From Bifidobacterium longum subsp. longum JCM 1217 (GTDB lineage Bacteria; Actinomycetota; Actinomycetes; Actinomycetales; Bifidobacteriaceae): a DNA stretch of 32,000 nt. The DNA lies in NCBI RefSeq assembly GCF_000196555.1, contig NC_015067.1:2353165-2385164 (forward strand), read 5' to 3'. This document shows positions 7,328 through 15,403 of this stretch, one piece after another. Below the pieces are notes generated by a model. The model did not search any database. It saw only the letters and a program-made list of their open reading frames with translations, and was not told the DNA's origin. Each line of letters opens with the position of its first letter. Positions within the stretch are counted from its first letter, which is position 1. The translations under genes and the position numbers were made by a program.

Positions 7328-9568
7328 ATGCACCAGCAAGGCATTAGGATGGAGGGCATGAGCGATTTGAACGCGTTGAATCTTGAGCCCGGCGAAGTGG
7401 TTGGTGGGTATACGCTGATCTCCCGGCTCGGCTCAGGAGCTATGGGGTCGGTGTGGCGGGTGCGCGACGACGGCGGCACCACCTATGCCATGAAGATTCT
7501 GCGCGACTCCCTGACCGACGAGTCAGTGGCAGGCTCCGGCTCTGCGTCCACGGCCCTGCACGACCCCGACCTCAAGCCCGATGTCACGCCGCGCGAGCGC
7601 CTGCGGCGCGAGGCCATGGCCTTGAAGAAGATCAATCATCCGGGTGTGTGCGGCATCGTGGATATGGAACTCGACGATACGTTGGCGTTCATCGTCACTG
7701 AACTCATCGAGGGCAAGAATCTTAAGGATGATGTGGCCGCCAATGGCCGGTATGTGGGCGACGATCTGGAACGCTTGGCCCGCAAGCTCATCGAAGCCAC
7801 CAAAGCCGTACATGCGGCCGGCATCGTCCATCGCGACATCAAACCCACCAATGTGATGGTGTCGGCCGCCGGACCGGTATTGGTCGATTTCGGTATCGCG
7901 ATGGGCGAGGGCGAAAGTCACGTGACCCGCACCGGCCTAGTGATGGGTACACCCGGATTCATCGCACCCGAGATTATTGACGGTGCCGAATCCGACGACG
8001 CCACCGATTGGTGGTCGGTGGCGTCCGTGCTCGCTTTTGCCGCAACCGGCGCGCCTGTGTTCGGCACCAAGCCGATGATGGCGGTACTTGAGCGCGAGGC
8101 CTCGGGCAACGCGAATCTTTCCGGACTACCGGCCGGCACATTGGCTGCCTTCCGTTCTGCACTGGACCCGGATCGCAGGGATCGTTGCACGCCGGATCAA
8201 TTGCTGAATGCCATCGCCTTGGATGCGTTGAATCCCAACGCTTGGCAGGGCGAGCAGGCGGGACCGTTCGCCGCGGGAGCCGTGGCTGGACAACCGGCTG
8301 CGATCGTTGCCGAAGCCGCGGAGGCGATGCCCCCTTTTGGCGCGGCCGGCGGCGTTGACCGCAATAATCCCCGAACCATCTGGCGCGCGGCCGAGGAAGC
8401 CGCTGAGGCTCCCACCATGGCCGTGTTCTCCGGCAATAAGGGCGATAACGGCGATGGCGAAACCGCCGTATTCTCGCCGGCTGGCGCCGCTACCGCCACG
8501 CTGCCCTTAGCCGATATGCCGCCACGTCCGCCGGCCGGTGCGGAGCAGGCCACGCAACTGTTGCCCGACGCTGCTGCCGATTTCACCGACGACGCCGGCA
8601 CGCAGGTACTCACCGGCGCGACCACACCGATGCCGGACCAAACCACGCCGCTGGCCGAGCGCACCACCGTACTCCCCACGCCGCAGCCGTCATCATTCCC
8701 CCCGTCCGGCACCGCCCAGAGCAGCTGGGATCCCGCAAGCAACCAGCCCACAGCGGTGGACCCCGCCATTCGCCCGGCATTGCAGCGCATCATCGACCAA
8801 ACCGCCCAAGCGGCCCCCACCGAAACCATGGTCCAAAATCCTCCCATGCCCAATCCGGTGGACGTGAAGCGAGGGGAATATCTGCAGCGCGGCACCCTGC
8901 CATTGATCCTGCTGGCGGCGCCGCTGGCGGCACTGGCGGCAAATGCTCCGCTCGTGGCCATCATCGCGGCCACTGCGTTGTTGTGGCTACTGCTCACCCT
9001 GGCCTATAACACCGAACCCCAGCTTGAGCGCGAGGGCAAACGCGGCGGCGAGCGCAAAAACTCCGATTCGTGGATTCGCGTGGCGACTTTTCCTTGGCAT
9101 CTGGTCAAAGCCCTGCTGCTGGCCATTCCCCGCATACTGCTGCTAGTCATCATCTATATGGCGGGAACCGCCGTGGCCACCGCGGCTCTGGCACTGCCCG
9201 TTCACACCATCTCCTGGTATTTCACCGCGGATTGGGGTATTCCGGTGCCGTTGCTCAATGATGTGCCGTTCTCCGCTTCCGGGCTGGCGCTGGGCGGTTT
9301 CATGGCCATCGGCTGGCTGGTCACTGTGTTCGCCCCACAGTCGATGATGATTCGGCTGGGGGGCGGCGTACTGCGCGGGCTCAAACACAGTCGCCCGGCG
9401 GGCGCCCCATCCACCGAAGTGGGTGGGGCTCCACCTGCTCCAGTGGCGCCGGCGCCCAAGGGCGGCGGGCGCGGCACCGTGCTGTTCACCATATGGGCCA
9501 TCATCACCGTGGCCTTGTGCGCGATGCCGATTCTGGGCATGCCGATCAACTGGATGCCGTTCGCCTAG
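7328..9568 (+). CDS. Ser/Thr protein kinase (Hanks type, catalytically intact) with Pro/Ala-rich linker and polytopic C-terminal membrane domain
   Basis: Motifs present: GSGAMGSVW, AMKIL, HRDIKPTNVMV, DFGIA and GTPGFIAPE. Five or six hydrophobic segments follow residue ~520. Alternative starts are ATG 7349 and ATG 7358 (MSDLNALNLEPGE...). Confidence 0.9.
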   Translation: MHQQGIRMEGMSDLNALNLEPGEVVGGYTLISRLGSGAMGSVWRVRDDGGTTYAMKILRDSLTDESVAGSGSASTALHDPDLKPDVTPRERLRREAMALKKINHPGVCGIVDMELDDTLAFIVTELIEGKNLKDDVAANGRYVGDDLERLARKLIEATKAVHAAGIVHRDIKPTNVMVSAAGPVLVDFGIAMGEGESHVTRTGLVMGTPGFIAPEIIDGAESDDATDWWSVASVLAFAATGAPVFGTKPMMAVLEREASGNANLSGLPAGTLAAFRSALDPDRRDRCTPDQLLNAIALDALNPNAWQGEQAGPFAAGAVAGQPAAIVAEAAEAMPPFGAAGGVDRNNPRTIWRAAEEAAEAPTMAVFSGNKGDNGDGETAVFSPAGAATATLPLADMPPRPPAGAEQATQLLPDAAADFTDDAGTQVLTGATTPMPDQTTPLAERTTVLPTPQPSSFPPSGTAQSSWDPASNQPTAVDPAIRPALQRIIDQTAQAAPTETMVQNPPMPNPVDVKRGEYLQRGTLPLILLAAPLAALAANAPLVAIIAATALLWLLLTLAYNTEPQLEREGKRGGERKNSDSWIRVATFPWHLVKALLLAIPRILLLVIIYMAGTAVATAALALPVHTISWYFTADWGIPVPLLNDVPFSASGLALGGFMAIGWLVTVFAPQSMMIRLGGGVLRGLKHSRPAGAPSTEVGGAPPAPVAPAPKGGGRGTVLFTIWAIITVALCAMPILGMPINWMPFA

Positions 9569-9745
9569 AGCGGGGCGGAATCTCACACATCAGCCATCCG
9601 CACACATGGCCGTTGTGTATCCGATACGTTCGTTCCGTCACACTTTTACAGGGAATTCACCTCAGATCAGCTCTGGGCGCAGTCCTCCTCAGGCCCGGTC
9701 ATTATGATGGGGCCCAAACATTGAAGCGATTGCAAGGGGATAGCT

Positions 9746-10723
9746 ATGTCAGATCCGAAGCGTCAGGCCAAGCGTGCCACACGCGCTGAGCGCCGAGCGG
9801 CCGAGGAGGCCGCCCAGCAGGCACGGGCCGAGCAGGCAGCCAAGGAGCGTAAGCAGCAGACCATCATCGGCTGCATTGTGGTGGCCATTATTGTGGTGCT
9901 GGTGGCCATCGCTGGATTCGCCGTATACAAGGCTATGCGGCCGTCCAACACCAGCAGCAGTAGCCAGCAAAGCAACATGACCGCGGACGAGGCCTATAGC
10001 AAGCTCAAGAAAGTCAGTACCCAGCCGGCTAACGCCGACGACAAGGCCGGCTTCGTAATCTCCAACAAAGGGTATGGCCAGAAAGCCGAGGGGGCTCCCA
10101 CCGTATCCATCTACATGGAACCGCTGTGCCCCGGCTGCGCCTCGGTGAACCGCCAACTCGACCCGACGCTCGTCAAGCTGATGAACGCAGGCCAGCTCAA
10201 CATCGATTTGCACTTCCTCAATTTCCAGAACAACAAGAGCTCCGACAACTACTCCAACCGCGTGTTCAACGGTGCCATCTACATTGCCGAGCATGATGAC
10301 GATCCCGACCACCTCATGAGCTACCTCTCCAACATCTACGCTGAGGATTTCCAGCCGGGCGAATTGTCCAATTACGAGCCGGTAAACAACGCCAAGCTGG
10401 AGAAGCAGGCCGTCAAGGCCGGCGTGAGCGAGGATGTGGCCGCCGCGGCGTTCAGCGGCAAGAACGAATACCTCGACTGGCTCACCGCCTCCAACAACTA
10501 CACGATCCTGCGCCCCGAACTGTTCAACAGCTCCGGCGCCTTCTCCTCCCCCACACTCACCATCAACGGCGAATACTGGGATCTGAAGCAGCTCACGCTG
10601 GCGGACACGAATATGGTGGACGGCTTCCTCAAGTCCATTGGGCTGGATGCTGACCAGGTAGGCGTGGAAGGCAAAATGCCATCCATCGGTGCCAGCGGAA
10701 AGCCGATTTCGGTCGCCTCCTGA
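9746..10723 (+). CDS. Membrane-anchored DsbA-like thiol:disulfide oxidoreductase
   Basis: 325 aa with a charged N-terminal tail, one TM segment (IIGCIVVAIIVVLVAIAGFAVY) and a CPGC motif in YMEPLCPGCASVNRQL. RBS AAGGGGA. Confidence 0.85.
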   Translation: MSDPKRQAKRATRAERRAAEEAAQQARAEQAAKERKQQTIIGCIVVAIIVVLVAIAGFAVYKAMRPSNTSSSSQQSNMTADEAYSKLKKVSTQPANADDKAGFVISNKGYGQKAEGAPTVSIYMEPLCPGCASVNRQLDPTLVKLMNAGQLNIDLHFLNFQNNKSSDNYSNRVFNGAIYIAEHDDDPDHLMSYLSNIYAEDFQPGELSNYEPVNNAKLEKQAVKAGVSEDVAAAAFSGKNEYLDWLTASNNYTILRPELFNSSGAFSSPTLTINGEYWDLKQLTLADTNMVDGFLKSIGLDADQVGVEGKMPSIGASGKPISVAS

Positions 10724-10786
10724 TGCTGCGTGGCCGAATAAGTTGACGCCGCGACATATGCAATACCGCCTGCGGCTCGGCTTAAA

Positions 10787-10814
10787 TTGACCACTCGGGA
10801 AGTACCGGTATACT
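10787..10814 (+). promoter_or_regulatory. Sigma-70-like promoter for tRNA-Thr
   Basis: TTGACC (10787-10792), a 16-nt spacer, then TATACT (10809-10814). Lies about 40 nt upstream of the tRNA 5' end. Confidence 0.5.
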
Positions 10815-10853
10815 AGTCATTTGTTCGCAACGATTTACGCGTTAAGAACAATC

Positions 10854-10927
10854 GCCTCTTTAGCTCAGATGGCCAGAGCGGCCGCCTTGTAAGCGGCAGG
10901 TCGTCGGTTCGATCCCGACAAGAGGCT
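10854..10927 (+). tRNA. tRNA-Thr (anticodon UGU)
   Basis: Manual cloverleaf. Acceptor GCCTCTT/AAGAGGC, D arm GCTC-AGATGGCCA-GAGC, anticodon arm GCCGC-CTTGTAA-GCGGC, variable loop AGGTC, T arm GTCGG-TTCGATC-CCGAC. 74 nt with no encoded CCA. Confidence 0.93.
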
Positions 10928-11078
10928 CGTCGCGCAGAAAAAATGGCGTATTATGTGATACGTAGACTTTTCTACGCATATAATTCTTACCTTGGGTAAG
11001 TACTCCAGGAGCCTTCCCCCAATTATGGGCTTCCTGGAATGAGGGCGGAGCGTCCCCCAACCAGCTCCGCGCCTTCAA

Positions 11079-11130
11079 GGGGGCGGGAACATCCCCTTCT
11101 CTCCCGCCCCCCCTTTTCTTTTCTTTTTTT
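11079..11130 (+). terminator. Rho-independent terminator
   Basis: GGGGGCGGGA (11079-11088) pairs with TCCCGCCCCC (11102-11111) around a 13-nt loop. It is followed by ccTTTTCTTTTCTTTTTTT. Confidence 0.75.
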
Positions 11131-11243
11131 GAGCTCAGAACAATCTGACGAGCAGGAATGGTGACGGTGGCCGGTGAAACCGCAGTACGGGCCGGAACAA
11201 CCGTTACGATGGGTGGCGTAATCGTTCACCCAGCAGGAAGAGT

Positions 11244-12740
11244 ATGGCAATGGCACGGCGTTGGACCCCGCAGCGGTTTGTTACACTGCGTCGCATCCGC
11301 GTAATCGCCTGTATCGCGGCGACCAGTATCGCGCTGGCTGGATCATTCGCGTTCACCGCGCGTAAATCCGTGGCCCTGAACATCAACGGGCAAACCACCC
11401 AAGTCACCACATATGCGATGACGGCCACCCGTCTTCTGGAGGAACAAGGGGTGGATATCAAGACCCACGATATCGTCACTACCTCGTCCGGCGACCAGCT
11501 CGCCAATCATGCCGTGGTCACCGTACAGTCCGCCTACCAGACCACTATCAACATCGACGGCACGTCCGTTCCCTTCTGGACCGTGGCCACCAGTGCCGAC
11601 CAGCTACTGGGATTTTTCGAGGAAAACCAGAACAACGCCGCGAAGATCACCGTCGACATCGACAATGTGTACAACCAGCTCACCGGCGGACTGGTCATCA
11701 ATCAGGATGGCCCGGTCACCGTCATTGCGGACGGCAAGACTTCCGTGGCCCCCAACGGCAAACTGCCTGCGGCCTCCATTCTTGACTCCAAAGGCATCGT
11801 GCTGAACAAAGAGGACCGTGTGAGCGTCGAAAAGGACGGCGATACCACTATCCTGCGCGTACGGCGCGTGACGCATGGCGAGGAAACGCGCACAGCCGTA
11901 GTGCCATACTCCACACAAACCATCATCGACTCCAATCTTCCTGAAGGCCAGTCGGAGATCCGCCAGCAAGGCGTCAATGGCGAGAAAACCCAGGTGTATA
12001 ACGTCACGTATGTCGATGGCGTGGCCGAATCGGAGACGCTGAAATCCGAAACCGTCACCACGATGGCCATCGACCAGATCATCGCCGTAGGCGCCGCCAA
12101 GTCTGATACCGATAAAGGTTCCGACAAAAAATCCGACTCCGCCGATAACGGCAAGGCCGATTCCGGTTTCAACAATCAGCACGAGTCGTCCGGTAACAAT
12201 GCCAACAACACAGGCGACAAGAACAACAGCAGCTCTGGCAACAACACGAACACCGATACCAACAACAATGCCGGCAACACCGGCGGCAACAACTCCGGTA
12301 ACTCCGGTAACACCGGCAATTCCGGTAACACTGGTAATTCCGGTAACACCGGCGGCGGTACGAACAACAATTCCGGCTCTTCTGGCTCCGATTCAGGCAC
12401 AACCACCACGCCCTCCGGCCGCCTGTGGCACGCCACCGTAGCCCAGGCTCAGGCCTATGCCGCCGGTGCCGCCGCGCAGCGCGGGTGGACAGGCAACGAC
12501 TGGGATTGTCTGGTCAAACTATGGACCCGCGAGTCCAGTTGGCTGTGGTATGCCGAAAACGCGAGCTCCGGTGCCTACGGCATTCCTCAGTCGCTACCAG
12601 CAGACAAAATGGCTGCGTTCGGTGCCAATTACCGTGACGATGCCGCCGTACAGATCGATTGGGGTCTGTGGTACATCGCACAAGCCTACGGCAGCCCGTC
12701 CAAGGCATGGCAACATTCCGAACAAGTCGGTTGGTACTGA
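11244..12740 (+). CDS. RpfB-position cell-wall hydrolase: signal anchor, 3x DUF348-like repeats, G5 domain, Asn/Gly/Ser/Thr linker and C-terminal lysozyme-like (SLT-type) domain
   Basis: 498 aa. G5-like segment VPYSTQTIIDSNLPEGQSEIRQQGVNGEKTQVYNVTYVDGV. C-terminus WDCLVKLWTRESSWLWYAENASSGAYGIPQSLP. Synteny with rsmA-ispE matches rpfB-ksgA-ispE in mycobacteria. RBS AGGAAGAG. Confidence 0.88.
   Translation: MAMARRWTPQRFVTLRRIRVIACIAATSIALAGSFAFTARKSVALNINGQTTQVTTYAMTATRLLEEQGVDIKTHDIVTTSSGDQLANHAVVTVQSAYQTTINIDGTSVPFWTVATSADQLLGFFEENQNNAAKITVDIDNVYNQLTGGLVINQDGPVTVIADGKTSVAPNGKLPAASILDSKGIVLNKEDRVSVEKDGDTTILRVRRVTHGEETRTAVVPYSTQTIIDSNLPEGQSEIRQQGVNGEKTQVYNVTYVDGVAESETLKSETVTTMAIDQIIAVGAAKSDTDKGSDKKSDSADNGKADSGFNNQHESSGNNANNTGDKNNSSSGNNTNTDTNNNAGNTGGNNSGNSGNTGNSGNTGNSGNTGGGTNNNSGSSGSDSGTTTTPSGRLWHATVAQAQAYAAGAAAQRGWTGNDWDCLVKLWTRESSWLWYAENASSGAYGIPQSLPADKMAAFGANYRDDAAVQIDWGLWYIAQAYGSPSKAWQHSEQVGWY
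12291..12353 (+). repeat. Seven tandem 9-bp units (AAYWCYGGY) encoding (N-S/T-G)x7 inside the linker of the RpfB-like gene
   Basis: Read directly as aactccggt aactccggt aacaccggc aattccggt aacactggt aattccggt aacaccggc. Confidence 0.8.
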
Positions 12741-12772
12741 TCGGTTACGAAGCCCACAAGGAACACACGCTT

Positions 12773-13696
12773 ATGAACGACACCATTCCCGCCACTGGTC
12801 ACCTGTTAGGTGCCGCCGATATCCGTCGTATCGCGGCCGATGCCGGCATCAGCCCCACCAAGAAATTCGGGCAGAACTTCGTCATCGACCCCGGCACGGT
12901 CCGTCGTATCGTACGCGAGGCGGGAGTGACCGCTGCCGATCATGTCATGGAAGTCGGCCCCGGCCTGGGATCGTTGACGCTGGCGATTTTGGAAACCGGC
13001 GCCACCATGACCGCAGTCGAAATCGATCCGCCGCTGGCCGAACGACTGCCGGGCACAGTCGCCGAATTCATGCCCGAAGCCACGTCACGACTCACCGTCG
13101 TCAATCGGGATGCCTTAACCGTCACCCCGGAGAACGTGCCTGATTTCAGCGATGACGCATCGTTTACGCTGGTCGCCAATCTGCCGTACAACGTGGCCAC
13201 GCCGATTCTGCTCACGCTGTTGGAGCGTTTCGACAACCTCGGCTCGTTCTTGGTGATGGTGCAAAAAGAGGTGGCCGACAGACTCGCCGCCAAGCCCGGT
13301 TCCAAGATCTACGGCACGCCGAGCGTGAAGCTCGCCTGGTATGGCACCGCCGAACGGGTGGGCACCATCGGCCGCAATGTGTTCTGGCCGGCTCCCAATG
13401 TGGATTCCGCGCTCGTCAAATTCACCCGGTATCAGGCCGATGACCCGGCTGCCCCGGGAACTGCGAACAGCACAGACGACGGCACACAACGGGAACTCGT
13501 ATTTCGTCTGATCGATGCGGCATTCGGTCAGCGTCGCAAGACCCTGCACGCGGCATTGAAGACCATTGCGCCCTCCGAGGCATTCTCCATCGCCGGCATC
13601 GATCCGACCCGTCGAGGAGAGACGCTCACCATCGCCGAATTCACCGCTCTGGCCAAGGCCATCGAATCGTGTGGAGAGGGAGATGAGGCACAATGA
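12773..13696 (+). CDS. rsmA: 16S rRNA (adenine1518/1519-N6) dimethyltransferase
   Basis: Reads KKFGQNFVIDPGTVRRIV...VMEVGPGLGSLT...ANLPYNVATPIL...FGQRRKTL. The ATG at 12773 follows AAGGAA. The track ORF start at 12659 overlaps the upstream gene and is rejected. Confidence 0.93.
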   Translation: MNDTIPATGHLLGAADIRRIAADAGISPTKKFGQNFVIDPGTVRRIVREAGVTAADHVMEVGPGLGSLTLAILETGATMTAVEIDPPLAERLPGTVAEFMPEATSRLTVVNRDALTVTPENVPDFSDDASFTLVANLPYNVATPILLTLLERFDNLGSFLVMVQKEVADRLAAKPGSKIYGTPSVKLAWYGTAERVGTIGRNVFWPAPNVDSALVKFTRYQADDPAAPGTANSTDDGTQRELVFRLIDAAFGQRRKTLHAALKTIAPSEAFSIAGIDPTRRGETLTIAEFTALAKAIESCGEGDEAQ

Positions 13697-14643
13697 GTCC
13701 GGTAATCTCACATCCACGCTCAGCCGCTGCCCGACATCAGTCCGATGAGCTCTCCCCCATCACCATTACGGTGGATTGCCCGGCGAAAACCAATCTCACC
13801 TTGGAAGTGGGACCTGCTCACGACGAATGGGGCGGACGCCACGAACTGGACACCATCTACTGCGCAATCGGCGTATACGACACCGTCACCGCAACCGCCA
13901 AGCAACCCGGAGCAGGATTCTCTCTGGAGCTCGAAGGCGCTTATTTGGGCGACTTGGCCTCCTCACGCAGCGACATGCGCCGCAACCATGCGGTACTGGC
14001 CCTCTTCGCCATGGCCCAGGCGGCCGAGCGCGAGCCGGATGTGGCGTTGACCATCACCAAGCGCATTCCCGTGGGTGCCGGACTAGGCGGCGGTTCAGCC
14101 GACGCCGCGGCGACCATGCTGGCGGTCAATCGTCTCTGGGAGCTGAACTGGCCCATAGAGCGCCTGCGCACCATTGCTGCCACGTTGGGCGCGGACATGC
14201 CGTTCTGCCTGACCGGTGGCCTTGCATACGGCACCGGTTTCGGCGAACGCATCACGGATATCGCCCCCGGCAGCCGCGATGAGCTGGCGCTGATAGAACA
14301 GGGATTCAGCGGCGAAGTATTGGTCGGCGCATACCAGTCGCAACTCAGCACTCCTGAGGTCTACCACACCTTTGACATCGTGGGAGCCGCAGAAGGCGAC
14401 CGCAATCATCTGCAGGCTGCGGCAATCAGCCTGCATCCCCGCAGCGGGCAGGCCATCGACGCCGCCACGCAGGCGGGTGCCAGCCATGCATTCGTCTCCG
14501 GATCCGGCCCCTCAGTGGTCGCTTTCGCCGCCGACGAGGCAGCGGCACAACGCATTATCGAGGTGTGGCGCGATACAGCTGTGGTCGATCGTATTATTCG
14601 AGCCAAATCTCCCGAACACCCCAATATCAGCGTCAGACAGTGA
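13693..14643 (+). CDS. ispE: 4-diphosphocytidyl-2-C-methyl-D-erythritol kinase
   Basis: GHMP kinase motif IPVGAGLGGGSADAAATM and N-terminal PAKTNLTLEVG. ATGA overlap with rsmA. The ksgA-ispE synteny is conserved. Confidence 0.92.
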   Translation: MSPVISHPRSAAARHQSDELSPITITVDCPAKTNLTLEVGPAHDEWGGRHELDTIYCAIGVYDTVTATAKQPGAGFSLELEGAYLGDLASSRSDMRRNHAVLALFAMAQAAEREPDVALTITKRIPVGAGLGGGSADAAATMLAVNRLWELNWPIERLRTIAATLGADMPFCLTGGLAYGTGFGERITDIAPGSRDELALIEQGFSGEVLVGAYQSQLSTPEVYHTFDIVGAAEGDRNHLQAAAISLHPRSGQAIDAATQAGASHAFVSGSGPSVVAFAADEAAAQRIIEVWRDTAVVDRIIRAKSPEHPNISVRQ

Positions 14644-14689
14644 CGCTAAGGTAGCAACCAGCCACCCGACCCATGAAAGAAGTCCACCG

Positions 14690-15319
14690 ATGACGTATCA
14701 GGTTGATGAACGTGAAGCCCGCAAGGCGTACGTGCGCCGCCGCCAGACCATCGTCTTTTCCATCAGCGGCGCGGTATTGGCAGTAGTGCTGGTCATAGCC
14801 CTACTGTTCAATTTCCACGTTTTCGGCCTCGGCGAAGTGGAGACTCCGGCCAGCCAGCCGAATTACGGCAACGCGGCGCCGTGCGCGGTCAAGGACAGCA
14901 GCGGCAAAGCGCAATACGTGTCCAACGCTTCGGTCGGCATTCGCGTGATGAACGGCACCTCTCACGGCCAATTCGCCAAGGCCGTGGGTGAAGCTTTGGC
15001 CAATCGTGGATTCAGCGTGCAGAAAATCGATAACTATTCCAGCACCGACGTTGAACGCACCACCATCTACTTCGGCAAGAACGCCATTAATCAGGCGTAT
15101 ACGCTGATCGGCAATTTCACCGACGCCACCATGATCATGACGGCTCGCGAGGATCAGCTCATCGATGTGGTCATCGGCGCCACGTTCAACGATCTGCAGG
15201 ACACCAACTCCTCCCCGCAATCCGGTAAGACCATCACCAATATCGAGGGTTGCAAGGCCGCCGATAGCATGACCAAGCTGCCCGCCGACACCAAACACGA
15301 CGCATACACGGCGCAGTAA
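14690..15319 (+). CDS. LytR_C domain membrane protein
   Basis: 210 aa from the ATG at 14690 (MTYQVDEREARKAYVRRRQT...). One TM segment (IVFSISGAVLAVVLVIALLF). LytR_C-like segment IRVMNGTSHGQFAKAVGEALANRGFSVQKIDNY...TTIYF. The track ORF start at 14372 lies inside ispE and is rejected. Confidence 0.8.
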   Translation: MTYQVDEREARKAYVRRRQTIVFSISGAVLAVVLVIALLFNFHVFGLGEVETPASQPNYGNAAPCAVKDSSGKAQYVSNASVGIRVMNGTSHGQFAKAVGEALANRGFSVQKIDNYSSTDVERTTIYFGKNAINQAYTLIGNFTDATMIMTAREDQLIDVVIGATFNDLQDTNSSPQSGKTITNIEGCKAADSMTKLPADTKHDAYTAQ

Positions 15320-15343
15320 GGCGCATACAGCTTCATCTTCGCG

Positions 15344-15383
15344 AAAAACCGTACGCTGACACGTATTCAGCGTACGGTTTTTT
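15344..15383. terminator. Bidirectional Rho-independent terminator between the convergent LytR_C and cca genes
   Basis: AAAAA-CCGTACGCTGA-(7-nt loop)-TCAGCGTACGG-TTTTTT. It has an A-tract on one side and a T-tract on the other. Confidence 0.8.
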
Positions 15384-15403
15384 GGTATCGGACTAGTATC
15401 GGA

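Noticed and set aside
8197-8997. 266-aa minus-strand ORF within the kinase linker
   Set aside because: It falls in the Pro/Ala-rich linker coding region of the kinase. This is a compositional artefact.
11131-11243. c-di-AMP (ydaO-type) riboswitch upstream of the rpf-like gene
   Set aside because: There are only loose resemblances (GGTGAAAC, CCGGAAC, CGTAATCG). The conserved ACCCGAAUCCG...CAGCUAACC segment is not present. It is kept as a hypothesis for a covariance-model scan and is not called as a feature.
10860-11256. Minus-strand ORFs of 72 and 77 aa
   Set aside because: They overlap the tRNA-Thr gene and the terminator hairpin. No RBS or motifs.
12457-13143. 228-aa Arg-rich + strand ORF spanning the rpfB-like/rsmA junction
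   Set aside because: It is out of frame relative to two well-supported genes and has implausible composition.
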